DNA of 64,000 nt from contig QPGO01000210.1 of the NCBI GenBank assembly GCA_008632985.1, forward strand, positions 14,365 through 78,364. Reading direction: 5' to 3'. Under the pieces are notes generated by a model, which saw only the letters and a list, made by a program, of their open reading frames with translations, searched no databases and had not been told where the DNA came from. This DNA is from Psammoneis japonica (Eukaryota). This document shows positions 9,962 through 21,679 of this stretch, piece after piece. How positions within the stretch are numbered: the first letter of the stretch is position 1; each line of letters opens with the position of its first letter. The position numbers were made by a program, and so were the translations under genes.

Positions 9962-12004
9962 TTATCTATATCTCTTGCAATTTCGCGTCCACTCTCGAGG
10001 AAAGTCCCGGATGCGTATCCTCGTAGGATCCTCCTTGCACAGTTCCGATTCGGCTGTTGCCCCAACTTTTATTAAACTTTTCAATTCCTCCGCAGTCGAA
10101 GCAGATTGCACCTGTTTCCAAACGGCGTCGCTTAAAAGACCAAGAGAACAACAGGACGCAAAGACCTGTCGAGTCAGTTTTGTGCGGATTTCACATTGAG
10201 GAACAAGTCGGCGTATGCACTTGAAAAATGCAAAGAACGTTGCCGACGCGGGCTTTATCCTCGACGTGTCGTCGTCCTTTTTGAGAATCTCTCGAAAGGT
10301 TTGCAGTGCAATCTCAAAGGCGGTCCGTTTGATCGTTCCATCCCAATTGCATTTGCGCATGCCAACAGCACTGTATTAAACGTGATGATATCGGGCTGAG
10401 CTTTTGTGCCGCCGACGTCTCGCATTCTTTGTAAAAGATCCTGAGCCTTGGTGGCCTTGTGAATCGAGTGGCTTTTAGCATAACAGTTGAGTAGTGCATT
10501 GTAACAAAACGTCGTTGGTATGACTCCAAGTTCTTCCATTTCGTAAAACACAAGCTCCTCTGCCTTTTCCACAGAGTCGCGGTTGGGATTCTTGCTTAAT
10601 GCCGTAAGGGCAGATGTGTAGGTACGAGCATTTGGCAAAAAATCATCGTCACCATTAAGGAAAGCAAGTTGTTTCATTGTTCCAAAAGAGCCAAAGCCTT
10701 TTCCGATGCATCGGGTGCTTTGCTTTGCGCCCATCCATCAATAACGGCCGAAAAGGAAACCGCATCGGGTTTCATGTATTCGTCGCCCGTTTCCTCGTAC
10801 ATTTTCAAAACTCGATCCAACAAGTCTTGAGCCTCTTGGGCTTTACCATTTTTCGCCAAGACCGTCATGACGCTCGTATAGCTAATGGCATTAGGAGCGA
10901 GGTGCTCTTGACCTGGTTCTTGGGATTGTTGTTGCATGGTTTCCAAAAGTTCCATGGCTCGACGAGGAGCCGACGGACTTTGACTCGACGCCCAAGCACA
11001 AATGACACTGGAATAACTGTATACATCGGGGACGACATCTTCGTTTCCGGCATTGGACAAGTGTATCATGTGCAAAAGTAACTCTTGTGCTCGTTGCGCC
11101 GAATGAGGTGAACGGCTCTTGGCCCATGCATGAAGTACCGTGTTGAAGGAAAACGTGTCTGGCTTGACCTTGTGATTCCCATCATGATGTAATTCCATCA
11201 TTTCTCGAAGCAGTGCTTCTGCCTTTTGGGGAGCATTGCTTTTGTGTTGTGATTGTTGCGCCCAAGCGTAAATAACTGTATTGTAGGTAATGGTATCGGG
11301 TTGAATGTTTGTATCTTGCTGCATTTGACGGAGCAACGATTCGGCGTGTTGCGGTTGACCGCTGTTGGCAAATGCGAAAATGACGGTATTGTAGCTGACA
11401 ACATCGGGCTCTACCAACGAAGGCGTCATTTCAAATTTGTTCTTGTTGTCGTCATCGTTGTCAGGGCCGTTCTTGTCCTTGACATGTTGCACCATTGAAT
11501 TTAACAGGCCATGGCCTTGTCTGCGGCCTTGTCATCCGTACTCTTGGCCCACGCGTTCAAAACCGAATTGTACGACACAGCATCCGGAGCAGCCGCATAA
11601 TATCCTTCCTTGTGCAAAGCCTCAATTCGCTGTAACAATTCCTGAGCCCTCGTGGCGGCTCCTTTTGTCGTGCTTTTGGCCAAGGAATCCAAGTTGAGAT
11701 TGAGAGAAAGGAGCGGCATGTTGCCTCGTCGTAAACTGCGTTGACGGCGTTCTTGAGAAGCGGTATGGTGGTTCTTTGTTTCCGTCATGGATAGAACGGA
11801 ACGGTTTCTTCTTTTACTACTGGAAGTGGGTGCCGACATTGACATGCAGAAGGACGGCACATGACGTTGTTGTTTCTGTTCTTTCAGGACTCCTCTTGGC
11901 GTAGTTTTGAAGCTGATTTTTTCGGTGTTGTATGGAACCGAAAACGAGTCTGCTGCTGTATGGAGAAGTGCTAGCGATAAGGCAGCATACATATAACAAA
12001 ACAT
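9962..12004 (-). CDS. Pentatricopeptide repeat (PPR) protein, probably plastid-targeted; three 1-nt frameshifts (~11510, ~10677, ~10340)
   Basis: Repeats PD(A/V)VSYN(S/T)V(L/I).AWA.S...A..AE.LL..M run across four consecutive ORFs. The N-terminus MFCYMYAALSLALLHTAADS-FSV resembles a bipartite signal with an ASAFAP-like cleavage site. Confidence 0.88.
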
Positions 12005-12366
12005 GGCGATATCTCTCTTGTTTTTCTGTTCCAAGTAGTGCCGAAACGCGAAAGGAGAAAGGAGTTGGAGGTTGGAACGCAATAGCGACCATGCGGCGTC
12101 AGTCGTTGTTGAAGTTGAAGTCACGATCATGTGATGGAAAAGAGGAATCCGGAATCATGGAGTGAAAAAATGTTTTTTTTCGAATTCATGATCATAATTG
12201 TGAAAATTTCGTTGTTTTTGTTTTTTCCCGAACTTTCTCAAAACGAAGATAAAAAATCGAAAACGAGAACCATACAAACACCATCATGACACGACTGCGA
12301 ACTTCCAAACTGCAAATCAATCAGAAGTCCTTTTTTGTGCACAAGTTGAAGATAATACATCCGCAA

Positions 12367-15070
12367 ATGATGGCGCTGCTATTATTCCCCGGCACCTACC
12401 CGAAAAAGCAAACGTATAGGTTACAGCGTGCTCTGATACTTATAATATGGCTCCTCTGTGTTGATTATTCAAAAGCTTTCATCGATACAGACGGCGTATG
12501 CAATGTGTTTGTGTTTGCTCCCTTTACAACCAACTTTGGCTACACAGAAGCAATTGGCCTTGTTGACAACTCCACGAATGATGGTGAAGCTCCCATTTTT
12601 GGATTTCATCACATGGCTGCAGCTCTGTTTGCTGCAAAAGAATTCAACAATCGAAACGTTAATAGTACGGCAGTCTCTGATGGATGCAACATTACTTTGA
12701 ACATATCCGCCGTTTTCGATACCGGTTCATTGACACAGCTTGCAAGCAAACGATTAGCAGCATCCAACCAAGTACCGTGCGCTATAGCAGGACCGTTTCA
12801 TAGCCATCCTGCTATAGAACTGAGTGTCATGGCTCAAGCATTCGAGTATCCCATTGTCGTGCACCGATCCTTCAATCCCCGAACAACGTCGGATTTCTTT
12901 TCCAACTATACCACTCAAGTCTATCCTGCTCTACAGTCTTCTGCCAAGACGTTAGTCAGTTTTTTGTTGGAAAAACAAAGAACCAATTACATTGCACTCT
13001 TGTATTCCGGGACGTTTGAGAACTTTGCGAGACGAGAAAGTTTGATTTTTGAACTCGATGAAGTCAAGGTATCGTGGACGACGAGTTCGTACACGTCACC
13101 CTTTTCCGACAATGGAGTATTTGCCAATGATGAAATACGAAGTCCCTTTGCAGCCCTGAAACAAATCAAACAAAGTGGATATCGTACCATTGTGGTGGCC
13201 ATGGACAGCACGGGTGTTTTGCCCATAAGGTTTCCCGGAGGAGAGCTTTTGGGTGAGCTTCAAACGATTGCCGATGCTGCCGAAGCCTTACAAATGAATC
13301 AGGGGGATTACTTTTGGATTTGGTATGATGTCTTTGAACCGAGTATTTACGATATCAATGAAAATGTCTCGAAAATTGTGGGCGGATCGGCATGGATCTT
13401 GCCGGCAGATCGAGTGGTGGACAGTGACTTTGGATGGTCTTCCAATGGGAAAGAGGATGTCGATCAACTCAACTCGCTGAATCCAATCCCAAAACGTGAG
13501 AAGGGATATAGGGTCGCGAGGGATGATTTTTTCCAACACACACCAGAACCTTCGTATGGATCAGGTAAGTGCACTTTTTCGCGAGAACTTGTAGTTTCAG
13601 AGAAAAGTAGGAGTAGGTGGACTTATATGGCGTTCGGCTCCGTCCTCACTGCCGTATTTCATAGGTTTCATGTACGATGCCGTCATTAGCATAGGAATAG
13701 GCGCTTGTGTGGCTAAGCGAAAGCAGGATGGAACAATCACTGGAAAAGAACATGTCCACGGTATTCGAAGAGCGAGCTTTGGCGGTAAAACTGGAAAGGT
13801 ACAATTTGGTAGCAACACTGGCGACCTGGACAGTGCCGGTGCGAGGCTCCCATCTACCGTCAGTTGGGTGGCACTCAATTTTTTGCCACCCGGAATGGAA
13901 GAAAGTCTCAACTCGTCGGATCTTTTGCTGGCTTCCAACCCAAAGGAATGGTTCTCGGTTGCGCCGTTTTACTACCGAGACGGACGTACCGTGCCACCCG
14001 ATTTGCTTCGGGATCAGCCCGATCAGAACTACTTGTCCAACGGATTGCGAATCTTTGGTTTGGTTTTGATGTCTCTTGTCATTTTACTTGCAATTTTATC
14101 CGCCATTTGGGTGTTTGCCTGCCGAAAGCACCGCGTACTCAAGGCGTCGCAACCATACTTTTTGTATCCTATTTGTTTTGGCTGTGTGGCGCAGGCATCG
14201 GCTGTCCTTACCATTTCATTTGACGAGAGCCACGGAAAAAATGTTGACCAGTTGAGTAAGGCTTGCATGGCCTTACCTTGGCTACTTACCATGGGACACA
14301 CTGTCATTTACACTTCGCTCTTTACCAAGATGTGGCGTGTTCACAAAGTGCTACAGTTTAGGAGACAGCGAACGCCAGTGTATCGTCTCTTGTGGCCCAT
14401 GGCGATTATTCTATCACTGGACGTTGTTGTTCTCACACTATGGACAGTACTAGATCCTCTCAAATATGAAAGGGTCGAGATTAACCCAGTCACTGGTGAA
14501 AGCATTGGAGAATGCGTATCCGGCAACACTCTCGCGGTCTGGACTGTCCTTGTAGCACTCTTACTGATTCCAATGGGTATGACGGAGTACTTTGCTTGGA
14601 AGACAAAGGATGTGGACGAGGCTTTTACCGAAAGCAAGTGGGTCTTTTTCATGACGCTTTGGCAAATTGAAGTGTTGTGTATTGGCGTCCCGATTCTTGT
14701 TCTTTTGCAGGACGTTTCTACCGATGGTCGCTATCTGGGTTATCTTTTCATCCTCTTATCGTTTCCAGCAAGTACTCTTGGTTTTATTTTCATACCAAAG
14801 ATCATCACATACGCGCGGGACGTGAGAGGTATCAAGGATCGGCCGAAACGAGGGGAGCGAGCGCACGCAAGAGTCACGGGGTTATCGGGTCACGTGCCAA
14901 CGACAAATAATGATGGGACGCCCAGTCCGCAAGAGATTGTAGGCATCTCGGATAATAAGCCTTCAGACTTTGTTGCTTCGAATTATGAAAACGAAACGCC
15001 GACGCAGCAGAGTGTCGAGAAAACGGTGAAAGAAAATGGGGAACAGGATGGGGAACAGGCAGAGCAATGA
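12367..15070 (+). CDS. Class C (GABA-B-like) G-protein-coupled receptor: periplasmic-binding-type ectodomain + 7TM; 2 exons
   Basis: Ectodomain motifs CAIAGP, GYRTIVVA and MYDAVISIGIGAC. 7tm_3-like motifs KASQPYFL, LFTKMWRV, AWKTKDVDEAFTES and FIPKI. Intron 13565-13664 (GTAAGT..TAG) is in frame. Confidence 0.9.
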
Positions 15071-15715
15071 GCCTCACATGGTTCTTCAATGCTTGATACT
15101 CCTAGGAAAATAGCGGGCATCTCATCTCTCAAAGATTGAGTAAGTCGCCATCATTTGATAGCGACGAGCATAGATGACGACCCGGGGACTCAATCATCAA
15201 AAGGGAAATTCCGCACGCGCAACGATTGGCGACCTCAAACGTAACCGCTCATTGTCACAGGCGAAGCTCCCTTCGCCCGGTGCATCGGAGGAGGCTGGTT
15301 CAACTAAAATCATTATGTGCTGCGGCGAAAGGAATAATATGTGTTTTCGGTGCCTGAAACATTTCTTTCGTTGAGAATCATGAAAGAATAGTTTTCGTCT
15401 TCGGGCCATTCAGGCGTTTCTCTCTTGTCAGACCTGTTTTAATTATTTGTTAACGATATTGACTAATTTACAGCGGCATTTTATTACACGCGTAGCGAGA
15501 TACAGAAACAACCACACAGAGTCAAGGACACGACCCTCTGTTTCATGCAATAGTACCAACAATTCCGCGATACATCCTGAAAAGGAATATCGAGGCAAAC
15601 AGTACAAAAGTAATCTCGTACCCATCGAATCAACTTCCCAGAAAGCGCAGAACAAACTTGTCGTTTGAGAGTGGCTCAGAAACAAGAGCCTCTTCAGCTT
15701 TTTGCATAACTTCTT

Positions 15716-17890
15716 TTACTCAAATGCTCTTGAGTTCTTTCTACCACCTTTGCCTTTGCTCTTGGAAGAAGATCCGCCACCGGAGCCGGCGCTAGATTCC
15801 GCACCAGGGTGGTACCCGCTAGGTGATGGCGGGCTGGAAGGACTGGTTGGGCCTCCGCTGGATTGAGAGCGGCTGCCTTTCTTTCCGCCCTTCGATTTGC
15901 TGGAACTCGATCCAGTTGAGGGGCTGGATGGAGTGGATGGGCTTCCGCCAGTACCTGATGACGGGCTGGAAGGAGTAGATGGGCTTCCGCCAGTACCCGA
16001 TGATGGGCTGGAGGGAGCGGTTGGGCTTCCGCCAGTACCTGACGAGGGGCTGGATGGAGTGGACGGGCTTCCGCCGGTACCTGACGACGGGCTGGAAGGA
16101 GTGGATGGGCTTCCGCCAGCACCTGACGACGGGCTGGATGGAGTGGATGGGCTTCCGCTAGATTCTGAGCTGCTGCCTTTCTTTCCGCCCTTCGATTTGC
16201 TGGAACTCGAACCTGTTGACGGGCTGGATGGAGTGGATGGGCTTCCGCTAGACTCTGCGCTGCTGCCTTTCTTTCCGCCCTTCGATTTGCTGGAGCTCGA
16301 TCCTGTTGACGGGCTCGATGGAGTGGATGGGCTTCCGCCAGTACCTGACGATGGGCTCGATGGAGTGGATGGGATTCCGCTAGATTCTGAGCTGCTGCCT
16401 TTCTTTCCGCCCTTCGATTTACTGGAACTCGATCCTGTTGACGGGCTCGATGGAGTGGATGGGCTTCCGCCAGTACCTGACGACGGGCTGGATGGAGTGG
16501 ATGGGCTTCCGCTAGATACAGAGCTGCTGCCTTTCTTTCCACCCTTCGATTTGCTGGAACTCGATCCTGTTGACGGGCTGGATGGAGTGGATGGGCTTCC
16601 GCCAGTACCTGACGACGGGCTGGATGGAGTGGATGGGCTTCCGCCAGTACCTGATGACGGGCTGGATGGGCTTCCGCCATCACCTGATGATGAGCTGGAA
16701 GGGCTGGATGGGCTTCCGCCAGTACCTGATGACGGGCTGGATGGAGTGGATGGGCTCCCGCCAGTACCTGATGACGGGCTGGATGGGCTTCCGCCATCAC
16801 CTGATGATGGGCTGGAAGGACTGGATGGGCTTCCGCCAGTACCTGATGACGGGCTGGAAGGACTGGATGAGCTACCACTAGTAGATGATGACGGACTGGA
16901 AGGACTGGATGGGCTTGATTCAGAGCTGCTGCCTTTCTTTCCACCCTTAGACTTGCTAGAACTAGACGAGCTTCCACTTGATTCAGAGCTGCCGCCTTTC
17001 TTGCCTCCCTTAGACTTGCTTGAGCCACTGCCACCTTTCTTTCCGCCCTTGGACTTGCTCGAACCTTTCTTTCCGCCCTTGGATTTGCTAGAAGGAGGCT
17101 CCGGTGAGGGTGACGGTGGCGGTGGCGGTGGCATTGGCACAGAAGATGGAGGCTTGGGAGAAGGAGAGGGTGGCTTGGGTGATGGTGAAGGTGGCTTAGG
17201 CGACGGTGGCTTAGGCGACGGCGATGGCGGCTTTGGCGAGGGACTGGGAGGAGGCGGCTTGAATGTGGGCTTTGGTGTGGGCTTTGGAGTGGGCCTTGGC
17301 GTGGGCTTCGGAGTGGGCCTTGGCGTGGGCTTTGGTGTGGGCCTTGGCGTGGGCCTTGGCGTGGGCTTTGGGGGCTTTGGCGGTTTTGGCTTTGGCTTCG
17401 GACGTTTCCCGCCTTTGCTCTTGCTGCTACTTCCCTTCTTACCACCTTTGCTCTTGCTGCTGGAGCTACTACCCTTCTTGCCACCTTTGCTCTTGCTGCT
17501 GGAGCTACTACCCTTCTTACCACCTTTGCTCTTGCTGCTGGAGCTACTACCCTTCTTACCACCTTTGCTCTTGCTACTGGAGCTACTACCCTTCTTGCCA
17601 CCTTTGCTCTTGCTGCTGGAGCTACTACCCTTCTTGCCACCTTTACTCTTGCTGCTACTACTACTTGTGTACCAATATTTCTTTCCTCCGCCCTTGCATC
17701 CACTGCAATCACAATAACAATAATCGTCGGATGGCCCGTATTCATGGCATAGACAACCGGTACAGCAACCCAGCATTCGACTCTTGAGCACACGAGTCAG
17801 CTTGGTTTGCGTCTCGTCCAACGCCGCGCACTGATTGCTGCTCAAAAGCACGGCCGCGGCGGCGACAATCGCAGCAACCAACACTCTCAT
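15716..17890 (-). CDS. Silaffin/cingulin-like secreted low-complexity protein (KXXK, Ser/Gly/Pro-rich); candidate biosilica protein
   Basis: Signal peptide MRVLVAAIVAAAAVLL and RXL-type sites (TRVL, SRML). A short Cys cluster is followed by many SSSSSKSKGGKKG repeats, a PKPTPRPT stalk and SPSTPSSPSSGTGG repeats. Probable 5'UTR intron at ~17961-18121. Confidence 0.85.
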   Translation of the reverse strand: MRVLVAAIVAAAAVLLSSNQCAALDETQTKLTRVLKSRMLGCCTGCLCHEYGPSDDYCYCDCSGCKGGGKKYWYTSSSSSKSKGGKKGSSSSSKSKGGKKGSSSSSKSKGGKKGSSSSSKSKGGKKGSSSSSKSKGGKKGSSSSSKSKGGKKGSSSKSKGGKRPKPKPKPPKPPKPTPRPTPRPTPKPTPRPTPKPTPRPTPKPTPKPTFKPPPPSPSPKPPSPSPKPPSPKPPSPSPKPPSPSPKPPSSVPMPPPPPPSPSPEPPSSKSKGGKKGSSKSKGGKKGGSGSSKSKGGKKGGSSESSGSSSSSSKSKGGKKGSSSESSPSSPSSPSSSTSGSSSSPSSPSSGTGGSPSSPSSPSSGDGGSPSSPSSGTGGSPSTPSSPSSGTGGSPSSPSSSSSGDGGSPSSPSSGTGGSPSTPSSPSSGTGGSPSTPSSPSTGSSSSKSKGGKKGSSSVSSGSPSTPSSPSSGTGGSPSTPSSPSTGSSSSKSKGGKKGSSSESSGIPSTPSSPSSGTGGSPSTPSSPSTGSSSSKSKGGKKGSSAESSGSPSTPSSPSTGSSSSKSKGGKKGSSSESSGSPSTPSSPSSGAGGSPSTPSSPSSGTGGSPSTPSSPSSGTGGSPTAPSSPSSGTGGSPSTPSSPSSGTGGSPSTPSSPSTGSSSSKSKGGKKGSRSQSSGGPTSPSSPPSPSGYHPGAESSAGSGGGSSSKSKGKGGRKNSRAFE

Positions 17891-18727
17891 TTTGTCGATT
17901 TGCAAATACGTATCCACGTATCCGATGAAACCAATGCCTGAGTAAGGTCTCTCAGGTGACCTGGGCAAAAAGAAAAGAGCAAAACGTACATGTCATGAGG
18001 CACGGTACAAGACACCAATGCAAACAACAAGCCGCGAGCACCGCAAACGTGAACTGTAACTATAAAGCCCCACCGCTAGCTGTTGCTCTGTCTACTCATT
18101 GATTCTCACAATCGTTCGTACCTTGGTTATTCGCAACCCTTGTCGATTGACGCGAGGTTGGAAAAGTGAGAGTGATTTCAAGTGAAGAAAATGGAGCAAG
18201 GACTCGTGTCGTGAAAACCTTTCGAATTTTTAAAAAAATTGATTCCGAGTTATATCAGAATGTTTTCTTCATCTATGAATGTAAAAAACACTTTGATCGA
18301 CAATATTATTATGGCTATTATTTTCGATAATTTTAATATAAACCTTCAGCCTTCTAAGCGACATTATTTTCACTACAAGGGAAACCAAAAATACAAATCT
18401 ATTAGCTTAAATATCTATATTTTCTTTGTTTCTGAGAAGAAGTCACATCTCAATCTACATCAACGTTTACTTGATTGAAATTTTCGCGCCTCAAAATTTG
18501 AAAATTATTGGGCCCCAACGCAACAATGCACTGGTCCAGATGGGCAATGAATGCTTTTCTTGGAGAGAAGCAGACGCAGATTGTAAGTTGAAGGCGAGAC
18601 GGTGACCTCATGCCTCGTATGACAGACAAGTAAACAAGAGAGGTGAAGTTCGTTGCCGTTCTCGCGGTTCTCGCGGTTCTCCGGGTGCTCATTATTTTTA
18701 TTACACGATCGATTCTTATGATGGACC

Positions 18728-21521
18728 ATGGCGCTGCTCTTCTGTCCTAAAATCACTTACAGCAACATGTATCAACTGCTTATATGGACGCTTGTATTGC
18801 TTTCTAATTATGTTAATGCTTTAATTGATGCGAATGGCGTTTGTAAGGTCTTTACGTTTGTCCCATTCACTACGAACTTTGGTTTCACCGAGGCGATTGG
18901 TTTGGGCGATGACGCTGAAAATGGCACAAATGTTGGGTTTAACCACATGGCAGCGGCTCTGTTGGCAGCACGAACGTTTAATGATCGCAACGCTACGGTC
19001 ATTCCAGAATTAGCTGACTTGGACGGGTGCAACATTACCTTGGATGTGACTACCTTTTTTGATACCGGTTCGTTGACTCAGCTTGCAAGCCAGCGATTGG
19101 CAGAAACAAATGAAATACCGTGTGCTGTTGCGGGGCCCTTTAATGATCATCCGGCTGCAGAACTGAGTGTCATGGCTCAAGCGTTCAAATATCCCATTGT
19201 GGTGCACCGGGCTTTCTCCCCAAAAATCGTCTCTGATTTCTTTAGCAGTTACACAACACAACTCTTTCCTTCGCTGCAGTCTTCCACCAAGACATTGGTG
19301 AAATTTCTTCTCTTAAAGGGACGAAACAACTACGTGTCCATGTTGTATTCTTTGACCAGTATCAATCTAGCTCGGAGAGAGAGCTTAATCTTTGAACTGG
19401 ATGAGGAAAATGTATCTTGGATGACCAGCTCGTACACTTCACCCTTTTCCAATGGTGATTTTTCAAATGATGAGATCCGCAGTCCGTTGGCAGCGTTGAA
19501 ACAAGTAAAAGAGAGTGGATTCCGTACAATCGTCGTTGCCATGGACAAAACCAGCATATTGCCTGCCAACATTTCCAACACCACATATCTCGGAGAACTG
19601 CAAGAAATTGCAAATGCCGCCGAAGAGTTACAAATGAACCAAGGGGACTATTTTTGGATTTGGTACGATGTCTTTGAGCCGGCCATTTATGATATTAATG
19701 AAAATGTTTCAAAAATTGTGGGTGGGTCCGCCTGGATCATTCCCTTGGATCGCGATCCACTCGTACCCGATGGAGAAGACCCGCTCGGCTGGGCTACACA
19801 AGGCAAAGAGGAGGTCGACCTGCTCAATTCGGTGAACCCAATTGAAGAAGGCGAGATTGGATATCGATTTGCGGAGGATGACTATTTCCAAACGAATCTC
19901 GATCCATCTTATGGAGTCGGTAAGTATGAAATCAAAACATGCGCCGTTTTATATCACTCGGTTTGTTTTGATGCGCCTCAATACGAAATTCTTGCATGTT
20001 GATTGCACCGCGGCAGGTTACATTTACGATGCCATTATGAGTATTGGAGTGGGAGCATGCTTGGCTCAACGGGACCAAAACAACACAATCAGTGGAACAG
20101 ATCATGTTGACGGCATTCGAAATGCAAATTTTAGTGGAGCTTCTGGACCTGTACAGTTTGGTAGTCTAACTAAAAACCGCGACCATGAAGGCACAAGGCT
20201 AGAATCCACAGTCAGCTGGGCCGCCGTCAACTTTCATCCACCCCAACATGGATACGGAACTGAATGTGACAGATATTCTTTTAAGTGTCCTTTCGGATGA
20301 ATGGCTATCCGTTTTCCCGTTTTACTACCGAGACGGACGAACCGTGCCACCGGACCTGCTTCGCGATCAGCCTGAGCAAAACTATTTGACCAACGGATTG
20401 CGAATTTTCGGTTTGGTCTTGATGTCCCTTGTGATTTGCCTTGCAATTGTTTCGGCAATTTGGGTATTTGCATGTCGAAAGCACCGCGTAGTCAAGGCGT
20501 CGCAGCCTTACTTTTTGTATCTCATATGTTTTGGCTGTGTGGTGCAGGCAGCCGCTGTCCTTACCATTTCGTTTGATGAAAGCCACGAGAAAAACGTTGA
20601 TCAGTTGAGCGCGGCTTGCATGGCCACACCTTGGTTACTTACGCTTGGAAACACTATTGTGTACACTTCGTTGTTTACCAAAATGTGGCGTGTCCACAAA
20701 GTGCTACAGTTTAGGAGGCAGCGAACCAAGATGCGGAATCTCCTATGGCCCATGTTTGCAATTCTGCTTCTCGACATTGTTGTGCTTACGCTTTGGACAG
20801 TACTGGATCCTCTCAGGTGGGAGAGGGAAGAGATTAATAGCGTCACTGGCGAGAGTATAGGAGAATGTGTCGCGGATCACGTTGTAGCGTTTTGGGTTGC
20901 AATGGTAGTACTTACGTTGATTCCGATGGGCATGACTGAATACTTTGCTTGGAAGACAAAGGATGTTGACGAGGCATTTACTGAAAGCAAGTGGGTCTTT
21001 TTATGACGCTTTGGCAAATTGAAGTGTTATGTGTTGGTGTCCCAATTCTTATTCTGCTGCAAGAAGTGTCAACTGACGGAAAGGTGAGCAAGCAACCGCT
21101 GTTCCCCCTTTGTCGTTGTCTTCTTCTACGCCCTCCTCCTCATCCCCGTCTCTTTTTCTGCCCCTTTTCATGTTAGTACATTGGGTACCTTTTCATATTT
21201 TTGACCTTTCCGACGAGCACTATTGGATTCATGATCATTCCAAAGTTTGTCGCCTATGTGCGCGACGTACGAGGTGTCCAGGACCGGCCAAAACGAGGGG
21301 AGCGAGCTCACGGAAGAGTTACTGGTATTTCCACCCCCAGTCACGAGACGGGGGGGACCAAAAGTCACACAATGGCATCCATCGAAGAGGAAGAGAAGAA
21401 ACGGAGACAGAACGGTGACGCATCACCGATACATGTTGCCTCAAATCTCGACACGAACGGTGAGGACGCAGTCGGCAACGATGAGCAGGTGACGCCCGAA
21501 ACTCAGGTCCCGCCATCATGA
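18728..21521 (+). CDS. Class C GPCR paralog of 12367-15070; introns 19920-20016 and 21084-21176; apparent frameshifts at ~20250 and ~21000
   Basis: Collinear with and highly similar to the first copy (PFTTNFG, DTGSLTQLAS, QMNQGDYFWIWYDVFEP, YYRDGRTVPPDLLRDQP). The first intron is at the same position in both copies. Confidence 0.88.
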
Positions 21522-21679
21522 GGTAGAACTTAAGATGTGGGTTGTGGGGATTGCGGAGCAAAAAGTGTGTAAATAATGGTGTGCGTCATTTTGGAAGCGT
21601 ATAGTCGTATGGGTTGTCTGTTAATTTGAACGAGCTATCGCGTGCGTAATAGACAAGAGAATTTTGCTTTTTTTGAACA

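Noticed and set aside
15694..17793. Long alternative-frame and antisense ORFs over the silaffin-like gene (699 aa, 606 aa)
   Set aside because: Shadows of a low-complexity repeat CDS. Only the Ser/Lys frame has a signal peptide.
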